Shown: positions 37,630-50,539, counted from the first letter of the stretch. The stretch is DNA of 64,000 nt from Octopus sinensis (GCF_006345805.1 NC_043010.1:14136001-14200000), one strand, 5' to 3'. Numbers and translations: made by a program. The notes: generated by a model from the letters alone, not told the origin.

Positions 37630-38072
37630 ATGGGCATGGACACATTGAAACTCCGACGTCTGGCAGCTGACTTGGCAGACACCCATAAAATTATCAACCA
37701 TCGTACCAACAATAACTCTGAGCACCTTTTTAAACTCCACCCACCTAACACCCGTGGACATATTTACAAAGTCAGAAAACAGCACAGCTCCCATGACTTC
37801 AGGAAACATTTTTTCATGCTGAGAGTTGCTGAAGCATGGAACAAACTGCCGGCATCAGTTGTTAGTTGTCGGAGCACTGCATCCTTCAAAACTTCCATGC
37901 TTTCTGAGATTCGCCAACACTACACCTGATTTTCTCCCCTCCATACACACACAAGCATGTATCTGACTCATACACTGTTCGCTTTCCAGACATTTGTACA
38001 TTACTGCATATACTCTGACAAGTTGTGGTGCACCTGAGCACTGTATACAATAATTTCATTATTATATTATTA
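37630..38072 (+). mobile_element. CR1-clade LINE 3' end inserted into the hAT BED finger
   Basis: ORF 37573-37929 ..FFMLRVAEAWNKLPASVV; (ATT)n tail. Confidence 0.88.
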
Positions 38073-38940
38073 TATGAAGGTTTCATTGCTTCATCGGTCA
38101 GCGTTTGATGGCAAAGAAGGCGCATCGGTAACTGACAGTTATGAGGAGAGGGAATAAATCCAAATGATAAATAATCGCTACTGTACTGTCAACAAATTTC
38201 TACGGGTGGCATCAGAAAGGCAGTGTGGTATTCCCAAAGAGAAGTCGTCGATAGCGCAAAGTCAAATGACACATCTTTGCTGGAGCAAATATGGATCTAG
38301 TTTTGTTTGGCTGCCAGCATTTCAGAAAATTTTTGCAAATTTGTATTCTACACGCGGGAATTCATACAGTTATGCCAAAAGGAAAAATTGTGGTGGAGCG
38401 TGATTTAAGGCCTAGATCTATTTGGCTGCTATTTTTAGCACATATGACTGCGACAAAAATATTTGATCAGTAAACAAGTCCGCTTTTTTAATACAAAGGG
38501 ATGTCTCATGCGATTAGTCTGATCAATAAAAATGCATCCTTTTTCTAGGCATGCCAAGATATAATTAAATACAGACTTGATTTCTTAAAATTCTTTGTCA
38601 CCCACAAAATGTTCATATCACCCACCATTTTCTAGAAATACACCCATCACTCATGTGGTTAACAGTGCTGATCAGTACTGAATTCAACCGTACTATATCT
38701 AGTGTTCTCAAACAAAGCAGATCCTACTTTTGTTGCTTTTGAAAGGACTATTAACAAGAAAAGAAATTGAATAATTATGTGAAACAGCAAAAAAAATAAA
38801 GCTTTGTATTTAACCTATTGACAAAGGTGTCTAAAGATAGTTAATTTATTTCGTTAGTAAATAAATGACAAATTTTACAATAAATCTTCTGTTAGTAGTA
38901 AAGGCTTGACATTTTTTCTTGGTTAACAGAAAAACAAGTG

Positions 38941-39352
38941 GGATCTTTTCAGTTTGAATGGCAGTTTTTTCTAGCCGTGTCATATGAAATTGTCACCCAT
39001 AATTATGACCCTAGTATAGATCTATTGCATTTCAATCTATTTTAGGGTTAGGGATGGGGGAAGGGTATCTTTTTTTTCTTCAGAAATGTAAATAAATCCA
39101 ATCTGTTTCTTAAACGAGGGACATTTTCATACGGCACAGAATGTTTTCACCTCAATAGATGTCATTGATTGGTTGAAATTGCAGAAAACGAAGAAAAAAA
39201 CCAACAAATATCTTACAAACCGTAGAATTTTCTCAATAAAGCCAAGAGAAAAAGATGTTTTATAAACACATTCTACAAGTATACGAATTTTAAAATTTTT
39301 TAGTTATGTGGAAATTATTTTAAAACAACTGCCGTTCAAACCGAAAAGATCC
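38941..39352. mobile_element. MITE family M1
   Basis: TIRs plus perfect 8-bp TSD AACAAGTG. Confidence 0.92.
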
Positions 39353-39811
39353 AACAAGTGTATTGGGGCAATGGACTGATACTAAGAGAGGAAAATGTAG
39401 ACCATTTATACATTTCAGTCAGTTAATGGTTCAACATGAACTCAGTGTACTGTTAGCCAGAAAACACTCTGATAATTCATAATCTTATATCTGTTACTTT
39501 TACTTAACATTAAGTGTTCACTGTGCAAGGTTAATTAGCTTCTCTCCACTTGCACCTGCATCATACTTGTATTAAAGCCAGTCCACATGCCATGTCGAAG
39601 ACCAGTGGTCAAATTGAGATCTGCTGATGACCTGCAACTATATTCAGTTGTAGATGAAGCTCATGTTAGTCGTGATCAGGTCGATTTTTGAGCTAGTGTT
39701 CCAGTATGACCGTTCCATGTAAGGATTCCATTTTCTAATGCATCATTGGGTGATTGCCTCATAGGCTTAGGTACCACAATGACATGAGCTGTATAATATA
39801 TATTTCTTTAC

Positions 39812-40020
39812 TACCTACAAGGGGCTAAACACAGGAGGGACAAACAAGGACAGAGAAACGGATTAAGTTGATTACATCGTCGCCAGTGCGTAACTGGTAC
39901 TTAATTTATCAACCCCGAAAGGATGACAGGCAAAGTCGACCTTGGAGGAATTTGAACCCAGAACGTAACGGCTATGCATTTCGCCTGGTGTGCTAACGTT
40001 TCTGCCAGCTTGCTGCCTTT
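39812..40020 (-). mobile_element. SINE family A
   Basis: Reverse-complement copy. Confidence 0.8.
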
Positions 40021-40242
40021 GAGCTGTATAATATAGATGAGACCAAAGCAATTGACATTGATTCCTCCCCGGATGCTGTCTGCAGAATATTGGCATGATA
40101 GGAAGAGGAACAGAGAATGGGTTTTAGTTTGGATCACAGTGACTTTACAGATATATGTGTTATCTTCACCCAACTGTTGAAGGTGGTCTGTGAAACCATG
40201 TCTCTCTTTTTTTTTTTATTTGGGGGTGTTTCAGTTATTTAA

Positions 40243-41831
40243 CCTTTTTGTTCCTATATTGCTAACCAGAAAGCCCCTTTTAGGTGTTCCAATTAAATTC
40301 TGAAATAATCATGAGTTTAGACTGTTTTCATAAAACAACTTTTATTTTTCAAATACAATTTAACTGAAAGGTTTTTAGTTAATATTCAAGGAGCATGCAA
40401 CAAAATTTAATACAGAATACCTGTGCAGATAACTAGGTTATCTATAAGTCAAACTTAATGCACATAGGGACAGGTGTACCATAAAGGTAAAATAGAACAA
40501 AATACTGGAATGTGTCTGAAGAAAACTTGGAAATGTAGTACACAGAAACACATAAGGATTCACAATATAAAATAATCAAAATTTGTCACACCTTAGAGGT
40601 AAATAATTCATAAAAATGGGGTAAATTTGAAAAAAAAATATATTTATGAATCGAATTTATGTATACACACACACACACACACAATATTACTAAAAATGCT
40701 TGGATTTCTTTCTCCCAAGCATATGGAAACCTCAAACTGTTGCTTTTTCCTTTTTGTTCATGTTTTATATAAGGGTTTGTTTCCACAGTAATAGCTTCAA
40801 AGAGCTATGGAAAATGGTGGAATTCTGCTTTAAGTATGCCATATACCCCCTTATAACTTTAAAAAAATTTTTTGTGATTTATGTTCTATGCACAGAAGTT
40901 CATATGACTGAAAACAATTGTTTTTTTCTTCAATTTAAAAAAATGATCGAAATCTGGGGAGTCTGAAGTTTTTACTTAAATCCCAGCAATAATAGACTAT
41001 GAAATGTGTTTATGAGGTGAAAGACATTGAAAAACATCATTACTTCAGTGACAAAGAAATGAGAAGGGCATTAGGTGGACGTGAGATGTACTAAAATAAC
41101 AGCTAAATAACCCTTAAAATCACAGTCATTTTTCTTTTCTTTGTGTGTATTCATATGAATTCCTATATGCAGAACACAGATGCGTAAAAATTTTCTTGAA
41201 ATTTAAAAAAAATGGAAAAAGATATGAGGGGTTATATATATGGTGTACTTAAAGCAGAATTCTACAAAAAAACAGTTTTAAAATTTTTACTATACTCAGG
41301 TGCAAATTGACTTTTTTTTTGCTATCGGAACTGTTGTCGGAATTGTTTCACTTATGTTTGCCATATATTTTCTTAGGTTCTTTTATATCTTTGAATTTGA
41401 ACTTGTTGCTTGACAACAAGAAAGTGGTATCCAGTTTTTGTCCATAGTGGAACATTTCAGAAAATCAAAGTGTAAAAGAACGGGGGAAAATTTCCAAAAA
41501 TTTGCAGCTCTCAGATATCATATAAAATAATGTCAGACAGTGTAACTTGTTTATTTAATGAAATCACGTGTTTTCACAAGTGTGTTAACAAGATTTACGC
41601 TGAAATGCACTTTCAGATATGAATAGGATCATTTTGAGTGATTATGGGCGTTTTGGTAACTCTTTCAATTACTTTAAATATAACACAGAATTTAGTAAAA
41701 TAACTTTGTTATCATTAAGCTAATGTTAGGAACATAAATTGTGACTAAGGTTTGGTGGAAGATTTTCATTCAAAACTTATGAAAACAAGATATTTGTACT
41801 CAGAGCCAGAGCCGGGTTGGTAATGAAAGGG
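40243..41831. mobile_element. Non-autonomous piggyBac derivative
   Basis: TTAA|CCTTTTTG...GAAAGGG|TTAA; left ~500 bp homologous to 45521 onward. Confidence 0.7.
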
Positions 41832-42183
41832 TTAACCAGAATTTTTTCAGATGTCTACAAGGTGGGTTAGTGACAAAAGGGTTAAAAAAAAAGCTTGTTT
41901 GCTGCAGCCAATGGCAAACCATATTACACAAATACACTCCCCTTTCTCTTGAGCCTCTTCAGTTTCCCAACTTCATCGTTGTGCAATGTGGAAACTACTT
42001 TTGACCAATATCCGAATAGCTACTTTAGATCAATGCAATAGAAAGAAAATTCTTTTAAAGAAATTCAAGTATAAAATCATACTAAATCTTTGTAATTTCT
42101 TGTTTTATTGCTTTTAGAATTTAAAGAAATTCAGGTATAAAATCATAGTAAATCTTTGTTATTTCTTGTTTTATTGTTTTCAG

Positions 42184-42374
42184 AATTTATTGATGTGGAC
42201 AAGAAACAACGTGCCTTGGATGTCCTGTACGATGTCATCAAAAGTAAGAAACACCGCACATGGCAAAAGATTCACGAGCAGATTATGGCCAAGTACCTTG
42301 AGCTCTGTGTCGATCTCCGGAAGAGTCACATTGCAAAAGAGGGCTTGTACCAGTATAAGATTATTTGTCAACAG
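42184..42374 (+). CDS. EIF3A: eIF3a exon 2
   Basis: [36 protein letters not shown]; CAG acceptor, GTTAGT donor. Confidence 0.96.
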
Positions 42375-42561
42375 GTTAGTATTTAATGACATTTAATTAA
42401 ACACTTTTCAAAAAAAAATTTTTTTTTTTTTAATATTTGAATATATATATATATATATATACACCGGAGTAAACACATAAATGTGAAACAAGGTGGAAAA
42501 AAGAGTATTCAAATACCAGTGGTAGAGTAATATGCTTTATTTTAAGCAGCAGAAAATTCAA

Positions 42562-42611
42562 CAAAATCTGTTACTCTGAGTTTCTCGTTGCCGTTCATCA
42601 GACAGTTTTTG
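42562..42611 (-). ncRNA. Type-I hammerhead ribozyme motif, family H1, canonical core
   Basis: CAAAAA CTGT CTGATGA ACG GCAA CGA GAA ACTC A GAGT A ACAG ATTTTG: CUGAUGA, GAAA and GUA cleavage triplet; stems I-III can pair. Confidence 0.65.
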
Positions 42612-43227
42612 CTAGAATATAAAATAAAGTATATATATATATATTTAATTAAACACTTTTGTACTCTTTCACTGCTCTTTCTTCTGTTGGCCTGCTCACT
42701 TAGCCAGCGGTGTGGTGTCATTCGAAGGCTAAAACAATGCGAACTCATTGTGACCAGCGATGTGTAACTACATCTGATGGACTGGTCGGTCACGTGATCA
42801 CGTGATATATATACATATATATGCTTCAAAGGTGGGACATGTTTTTGTGACCAAAGAATTTGAAGTTATTTAGCAAAATAACTAACTTTACCATGTAGTT
42901 GATGTTTTAAGCTAGTGTTTGGAACACAGAAAGTTGTGACTTTATAATGAAGTTTTATACATGTGAGGGTTTATGTTAGAACTGAAGCAGGTTTTTAGGA
43001 TAATCAACTGCAAATTTATGGTGTCGTACCTTTGTTTGTTAGAAACCATTATTGCTATTAACTGTTTCATATTCTTTTTTCCTCATCACTTTAAAATCTA
43101 CTGCGATTAAATTTTTTTTAAATTATGAATTTGGGATTGAGAAATGTGTAGCCTTGTACAAAGTGAGACTTCATTATTGTGCTAGATCTTATTAATTTTT
43201 TTATATTTCAATTCTTATTTTCAATAG

Positions 43228-43364
43228 GTGAGCATCAACTCTCTCGTGGATGTGGTGGAGAACTATTTGAAGTTGGCTGAAAAGACAACTGAGAAAGCTC
43301 GTGAACAATCTCACCAAGCCGTTGTTGATGTTGACGATTTAGACAACCCTGATACTCCGGAGAG
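43228..43364 (+). CDS. EIF3A: eIF3a exon 3
   Basis: [28 protein letters not shown]; phase 0 to 2. Confidence 0.95.
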
Positions 43365-44847
43365 GTAAGTTTGTAGACTTTCATATTGCTCAGAAGGCAT
43401 TGCACCTATTTAGAAACGTTTGACTCCTCGAGCATCTCCAGTTTTCTCTACTTGTGTCTTACTCTCTTTGGCCACTTACTATTTTATGCAGTTAATGTTT
43501 AGCAGTGGTGCCCCAGCATGGCCGCAGCCTTCGAGCTAAAACATTTTTATGGATTTAAGGAATTGAAATAATTATTGAGTCATAATGAGTTGTAGGCATA
43601 CAAAATTTCAAATTATATGATGCATACAGTATTTGAAAAACGTTTTTCAGTAATTTGTGCAAAAATTGAAAGTTTTCTTCTGAAATTTCATAATAACTGA
43701 ACCATCTAGAAAGTACTAAGCTTATAATTTCAGAACTAAAATATTAATTTTTTTTTTTTTCTCTCTCATCTTATTGGCCTTTTCACTTTTAAAATATTCT
43801 ACTTCTCAGACACACCTTTGGACAGATGGCTACTCAGTGTGATAATCTTATTTGACTTTGTTAGGCTGGTATTTTATAATTACATGGTGGCTTGTTATTA
43901 GTTAAGGTTTATGGACAAAGCCTAGTTTAGTCTGCTGATCATGTTTGACACTGTTATTGAAAATTACTAGCTGCAGATATCCTATCACCAGCCTTAGTGT
44001 TAAAATTGGGACACGAGACAACTTAGTTTACGACATCATTAGCTGCAGTGATTTGCTTAAAACATCTGGTTCAAGAATAGTTAATTGTTCAGGAAGAATA
44101 TTAATGTGCCAGTGAGGAGAAATGGTTTTATTTTTGTTTTTTTTTTCTAAGGTAGTAGATAGCAGAATTAATAGTTTCAATTAAAAACACTTTGTTGCCA
44201 TTGTGCATTCTGGGTAGGGTGGTGACAAAATTAGTACCAGTCAAATAGTGGTGGTGTTAATTTAATGTTCTTTTCTCAAAATTTGCCTTATACCAATGTT
44301 AGGAGCAATCATTTCTAAAGAGCCAGGCTAAATGCTTTGCCAATTCAGTTTTTGAGTCAACTTTGTTTAACGTCCGTTTTCTGTGGTAGCACGGGTTGGA
44401 CGGTTCAGCCGGGGTCTGGGAAGCCAGGAGGCTGCACCAGGCTCCAGTCTGATCTGGCAGTGTTTCTACAGCTGGATGCCCTTCCTAACGCCAAAACATC
44501 TCAGTTGAGATGGTTGTAGAGTAATAGTTAGCATTGTTTGTTGGTTGTTTATGAGTCAAAGTTCCTTTAGTGCTATGGGAGGTATCATATTTTTTTACAG
44601 TATATCTGTAAAGCCACTCTACTAGAGAAGGCTTCAGGCTGCAATAAATGTTCATATAAGAAGATCTTTCTTACCCATGTAAGCAAATAGCTGTAAAATA
44701 GTGCAAGCTAGCTAAATTGGTAGAACATTGGAAAAATGCTTTGTGGCATTTCTTCTAATACTTTGTATTCTAGGTTCAAATCCTGTCAACATTTGACTTA
44801 ATCATCCCAAAATATAGTACTAGGGTCAACGGTATTGACTAAAAAAA

Positions 44848-45079
44848 GGCGGCGAGCTGGCAGAATCGTTAGCACGCTTGACGAAATGCGTAGCCGTATT
44901 TCGTCTGCTGTTACGTTCTGAGTTCAAATTCCGCCGAGGTCGACTTTGCCTTTCATCCTTTCGGGGTCGATAAATTAAGTACCAGTTACTCACTGGGGGT
45001 CAATATAATCGACTTAATCTGTTTGACTGTCCTTGTTTGTCCTCTCTGTGTTTAGCCCCTTGTGGGTAATAAAGAAATA
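44848..45079 (+). mobile_element. SINE family A
   Basis: 12-bp TSD GGTATTGACTAA. Confidence 0.9.
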
Positions 45080-45183
45080 GGTATTGACTAACCCCCCTCC
45101 CTCAAAACTGCAGGCTTTTTGTTTTAAATAAGAAATCGTTGTTGTTACTTTTGTAATGTAAATTTTCTTTCATTCTTTCAAAG

Positions 45184-45347
45184 CTTGTTAATGAAAGCTG
45201 TGAGTGGTGAAGACACACAGGACCGTACAGACCGTGCCATTCTGACACCATGGGTCAAGTTTTTGTGGGAGTCTTATCGTCAATGTCTGGATCTTTTGAG
45301 GAACAACTCTCGTGTTGAAAGACTGTACCACAACATTGCACAGCAAG
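45184..45347 (+). CDS. EIF3A: eIF3a exon 4
   Basis: [46 protein letters not shown]; phase 2 to 1. Confidence 0.96.
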
Positions 45348-45520
45348 GTAAGTAACGAAGTGAATACTTGAACGTCCATCACTTAGCAGGATTATAGAAC
45401 TGGTTGAAACAAGCATTTCAATACTTCATCCATTACCACAGCTTTCATTAGCTGTATAGCAAACTAAAGGAATTTGTTAATTATGCTTTGTTGTATAGAG
45501 TAGAGAGGACGAGAGGTTAA

Positions 45521-47735
45521 CCTTTTTGTTACTATATTTCTGACCAAAATACACCCCTCATGAGTTGCATTTAAATTCTAAAATAATCATGAATTTAGAC
45601 TAGTTTCATTAAACAACTGTAACTTTTTTATTTAACATATTAATGTGATATTTGGAACATAATTGAAGAAAGGGTTCTTAATCTATTCTATTGCATAACT
45701 TTTGTCTCAAAGTGACTCTAATTACAGGTAAATATAGGTAAAGTGAGCAAAATATTTAAATTGTTTAAACATCACCATAGAAAATGAATCATTAGCTAAT
45801 ATTCAATTGGGTATGAAACAAAATTTTAATATAGAATAATTGCGCACACCACTAGATTATCAGTTGGATTTAATGCACAGAACAGGTGTACCGTAAAGGT
45901 AAAATAAACTGAAACACTGGAATTTTTTGAAGAAACTAGAAAATTAAATCCATTGGCTAAATTAAATATATTTTCATACATGAATACACAAGAACATATA
46001 ATAAAGATTTACAATAGAAATTAAATCACAACTTGTCATTCACCTTACAGGCAAATTTAAAATTACAAGTGAATAAAAAGTAAAAACGAAGTAAATTTGA
46101 AAAATATTTATACAAGCTAATCATACGTATATACGGTATTCACACTATTTCTATCATGGAAAGTTGTAAAACATCCCAATCTGCATATTGTACATATTGC
46201 AACCTTACAAAATGCACATTGTAAAAGAAGTTTCAACTGGCCACCCACTGGGATTTTTTTTTTTTTTTTTTTTTTCCTTTTTAATTTCCTGATGTAGACA
46301 TTCACAGCACTGCCTCTTGTGTCCCTTGATTTTTTCTAATTCATGGAGATCAGTTGAACTCAGAGGGATATCTCTCTGGCAGGTTTTGCTTTTCCTTCCT
46401 GCAGTTATTTTTTTGGAGGAATAACCTGCCCTCAACTGCGTTGCTACATCTGCTCAGAACTGCAGAAGGTCGCACAGTTTGCAAGCCCCTCCTGATTTGA
46501 TATATGACATAAATGCATTTACAATGCTCATGTTTACTATATACCAAACCAGGTATCGCCACCATTTATTACCTGGTCTACCAACCTGATAATAACTCCT
46601 TCGGTTCAGCTGATCCACACCACCCATGTACCTGTTATAATCAGGTTCACAAACTGGGTGCCATTTTCATCTACATGTTTGTGCACTCGTAGATAGAAAA
46701 TTTATCTGCATCTTATCTCTGTATGCACTCGCTAGCAGATTTCCTTTCTGCCATTGGATTATTTCACCTCTCTTGTTTAATTTCGCTTTTTTATATCCAA
46801 CGGCAGCTCTTTTCTACTAACAATTACTGTAGCACATGTATACGTTGTCAGTTTCTAAATCCACCACAAATTTGACTGAACTAAAAGATTGGTCAAAAAA
46901 TATTATGTTTATGATATGGAAGTGATAAATTCCAGACCATATCGTTCCCTAGGCCATGCTTGCCTCTTTTCCCAGTATAAAAACTAAATCCACAGCAGTA
47001 CCCAGTATTTGCTTCCTGAATTTTCCAAATTTTGATCCCCCAGTTCATGTGCTTTCCTGGCATATACTGTTGGAATCGTACCCTTCCTTTATACCCGACC
47101 ATGCCCTCATCAATGTATAAGTATCTCTCAGGGTTGTAAAGTGTTTTATATGTATTTTGAATGCAGTCGATGAGGGGGTCTTATTTTAAATAAGGGATCA
47201 AAGTTTGGTTCTTCACGTACTGGGGTGCTGCTAGTGTCTCTCACATGTAAAAACTGGTTCAGTTTCACAAATTGTGTCCTTGACAATACTGGAAACTTTT
47301 TACTCCATTCCGATGTGAAATCGTCCTCGCTGTCATTATCATTGCTTTCAGTTTCGGATACGGAAATATCTGATTCATTCTCATACACCAAGTGCATTCA
47401 TTTATTCATTTTCTTGATATCTCGTTATCTTCTGTTGAAAAACCTTCAAATTCGGAATCACTGCCTGATTGCATAAAACTGTTATCCATTTTCAAAGTTG
47501 AAAAAACGCAGAAAAAATGTGGAAAAAAATCTCTCAGAATTCACTGAGTTCAGATATTACAGCAAACAATGTCTGATACTATAACTCAACTATTTACCAA
47601 GTGAAATCACGTGTTTTCATGAATGTACTAACGAGATTTGTGTTGAAATTCACATTTAAATAACAATGGGTACTCTTGGCCAGGTTGGTCGTTTAAACCA
47701 AGTGCTGGTCGTTCAAAAGTGTTAGTATGAAAATA
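45521..47735 (-). mobile_element. Decayed piggyBac transposon
   Basis: Fragments MVGYKGRVRFQQYMPGK..WGIKIW, QFLHV..DPLFKIRP and a C-terminal Cys-rich CxxC..CF..FH; TTAA|CCTTTTTGTTAC end. Confidence 0.82.
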
Positions 47736-47829
47736 TAACAGTTCTTTAGTTCAAAATACACTAAGATATGGTCAGCGTGTCAAAAAGTCAACAAACAATA
47801 TAGCCTGATCTTTGAAATTCTCTTTTCAG

Positions 47830-47888
47830 CTTTCCTCTTCTGCATCAATTACAACCGAAAAACAGAATTCAGGAAACTATGTGACAAT
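47830..47888 (+). CDS. EIF3A: eIF3a exon 5
   Basis: AFLFCINYNRKTEFRKLCDN; 59 nt, phase 1 to 0. Confidence 0.94.
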
Positions 47889-48318
47889 GTAAGTTTCTCT
47901 TCTGTCTTCCTTCCTTATATACATGCACACACTGTAAGATCTCACTATGCAATTCTGTGAGCTAGGTCATTTAAGGGTGAGATGCTTATGACCATGATCA
48001 TTGCATAGTTTTGGTGACCTAATGAACCATGAACCTGGTTGACTCAGCTAGCTATTTCTCTCGATATATGGATGCCCACTTTTCCATGTTTGTAGGGATC
48101 AAAGGAAATTCGTTGCGGCAGATATTCTTCAGCTGGGTCCCTTCCTGTCAGCAAACTATACTTTTTTCTAAGCAAGTAATATTTCCCCATGATCAAAGGT
48201 ATTTTTGTGGGAATTAGCAAATAAAGGAGACTGCTTGTATGATCATGATGCTCATTTACAACTATCACACAATGTCAAGACAAGGGGACACTAACACCAT
48301 CGCATGCGTATACATATA

Positions 48319-48714
48319 GGCGCAGGAGTGGCTGTGTGGTAAGTAGCTTGTTTACCAACCACATGGTTCTGGGTTCAGTCCCACTGTGTGGCACCTTGGG
48401 CAAGTGTCTTCTACTATAGCCTCAGGCCGACCAAAGCCTTGTGAGTGGATTTGGTAGACGGAAACTGAAAGAAGCCCGTCATATATATGTATATATATGT
48501 GTGCATGTATGTTTGTGTGTCTGTGTTTGTCCCCCTAGCATTGCTTGACAACCAATGCTGGTGTGTTTATGTCCTCGTTACTTAGCGGTTCAGCAAAAGA
48601 GACCGATAGAACGAGTACTGGGCTTACAAAAGAATAAGTCCTGGGGTCGAGTTGCTCGATTAAAAGCTGTGCTCCAGCATGGCCACAGTCAAATGACTGA
48701 AACAAGTAAAAGAG
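48319..48714 (+). mobile_element. SINE family B
   Basis: Full copy. Confidence 0.85.
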
Positions 48715-48864
48715 TATATGTGACGAGCATTCTATTTCTGTCTACCAAGGCTTTGGTTAATCTGGTCTGTAGTAGAAGACCATGCAGTGGGATTGAACTT
48801 AAAACCACATGGTTGGGAAACGAATTCTTAATCATGCAGCTATGCTCAAATGTTGGCCATAATT

Positions 48865-49161
48865 TAAAAAGCACCCACTATACTCTCAGAGTGGTTGGCG
48901 TTAGGAAGGGCATCCAGCTGTAGAAACTCTTTCCAGATCAAGATTGGAGCCTGGTTCGCCAGCCCTCTGTCAAAATCTTCCAACCCATGCTAGCATGGAA
49001 AGCGCACGCTAAACGATGATGATGATCATCATCATTTAGCGTACGTTTTCATTGTAGCATGGGTTGGACGGTTCAACTGGGGTCTGTGAAGCCAGAAGGC
49101 TGCATTAGGCCCAGTCTGATCTGGCAGTGTTTCTACGGCTGGATGCCCTTCCTAACGCCAA
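48865..49161. mobile_element. Two RTE 3'UTR tails joined tail-to-tail
   Basis: Plus copy ends in (GAT)n at 49026; minus copy starts with (ATC)n at 49027. Confidence 0.85.
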
Positions 49162-49296
49162 TGATAATACTAAATAAAGAATCTTTGTAAAGGATCAAAT
49201 CTTAGATGACTTCTTTATTGAGTGACAACTCAAACAAAACCCACTTTATTCTCAACTTGTCTAGCTTAAAATATTTCCGTATATTCTTCTTTGTAG

Positions 49297-49646
49297 CTTC
49301 GCACACATTTGATGCAAATCAACAAGCAGCAGCACCAGCAAACTGCAATCAACCTGAACAATGTGGATTCACAAGCGATGCACCTGGAGACACGTCTGGC
49401 TCAGCTGGATAGTGCCATCAGCATGGAGCTGTGGCAGGAAGCTTTCAAAGCTGTAGAGGATATTTATAACTTGATCAGTTTATCAAAGAAGCCGCCCAAG
49501 CCCGCTCTGATGGCTAACTACTACCAGAAATTAGGGCTTGTTTTTTGGAAATCAGGAAATCATCTATTTCATGCCTGCACACTACATCGACTTTTCCATT
49601 TGTCCAGAGATCAGAAGAAGAATTTGTCTCAAGAAGAATTACAAAG
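49297..49646 (+). CDS. EIF3A: eIF3a exon 6
   Basis: [47 protein letters not shown]. Confidence 0.97.
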
Positions 49647-49757
49647 GTAAAACAAACTAAATCTATGTACCCTCTTATGTTTATATAGAATTGATAAATT
49701 TTTGTATATACCTTAAATTCTCATGTCTTTCCTTCACATTTCTTTCATCTCTTGTAG

Positions 49758-49929
49758 AATGGCAACTCGTGTATTGTGTGCCAGTTTGGCTATTCCAATT
49801 CCTCCCGCTAGAAATGCTATTGGTCAGTTATTGGATATGGATGAGAGTACTTTGGAGAAACAGCGTCGTCTAGCCACCTTGCTAATGCTCAACAACCCTC
49901 CCAACAGACAGCAACTTATCAAAGATTTG
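49758..49929 (+). CDS. EIF3A: eIF3a exon 7
   Basis: [29 protein letters not shown]. Confidence 0.96.
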
Positions 49930-50539
49930 GTATGTTTTTTTGTTCTTGTACATTAAGACTGGAGGCTGTCAAAGTAATGATTTGTCTGTTTAAATTCTGA
50001 CTATAGCCTTCATTGAAAGAAATTCTCTTATAAAAAGGAGAATCTCTGTAACTCAAGCCTGTCCAAGTATGCCACCCCCAAAGTGCTTGGATTTAAATTT
50101 AAAACTCTTTTTATAATGTTACGTAAGAACCTTTTGTTATACTTGAAACTTAATTTCAGTTTTATTCAAATTGAATAACAGATTTTATTCAACTGAATAA
50201 CAGTTTTTATTTGCAAAGTTAATTGAACCAGCAATGTTTCATTAGAAACATGATCATTAAAGGATTAAGAATTTCATGAAATAAATTACCATGTTATGTT
50301 TGGATCAGTTCAGTTCATTGTGCTCTTTGTTCACCAAGAAGTGGCTTTTGTGTTTAAAGAAAGAAATTATAGATACTTGTATGCTCACCCTCACCTAAAT
50401 TGCAGTTGGTATGGTGAAGGTAGTTAAATCTGGAGAGTGTTGGACGTAGTGTTTTACAGTGTTTTGTTTCAAGCTTTTGATTCATCATCATTTAATGCCT
50501 GTCTTCTTTGCTGAATTCATTTCTGTCACCTTCTCATGT

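Larger units (their letters stand above)
35159..38666 (-). mobile_element. Decayed hAT (Buster/Charlie, ZBED5/8-like) transposon with nested CR1 and SINE insertions
   Basis: BED-finger remnant (RQYSSDYLSFGF..MKPS..LKYHF..KH), PLSNNMISQHI, FSIQVNEST, HWQHL..HTEVQWLSKG and a C-terminal dimerisation remnant; CAGTGTTTCCCAC left TIR and degenerate right TIR. Confidence 0.8.
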
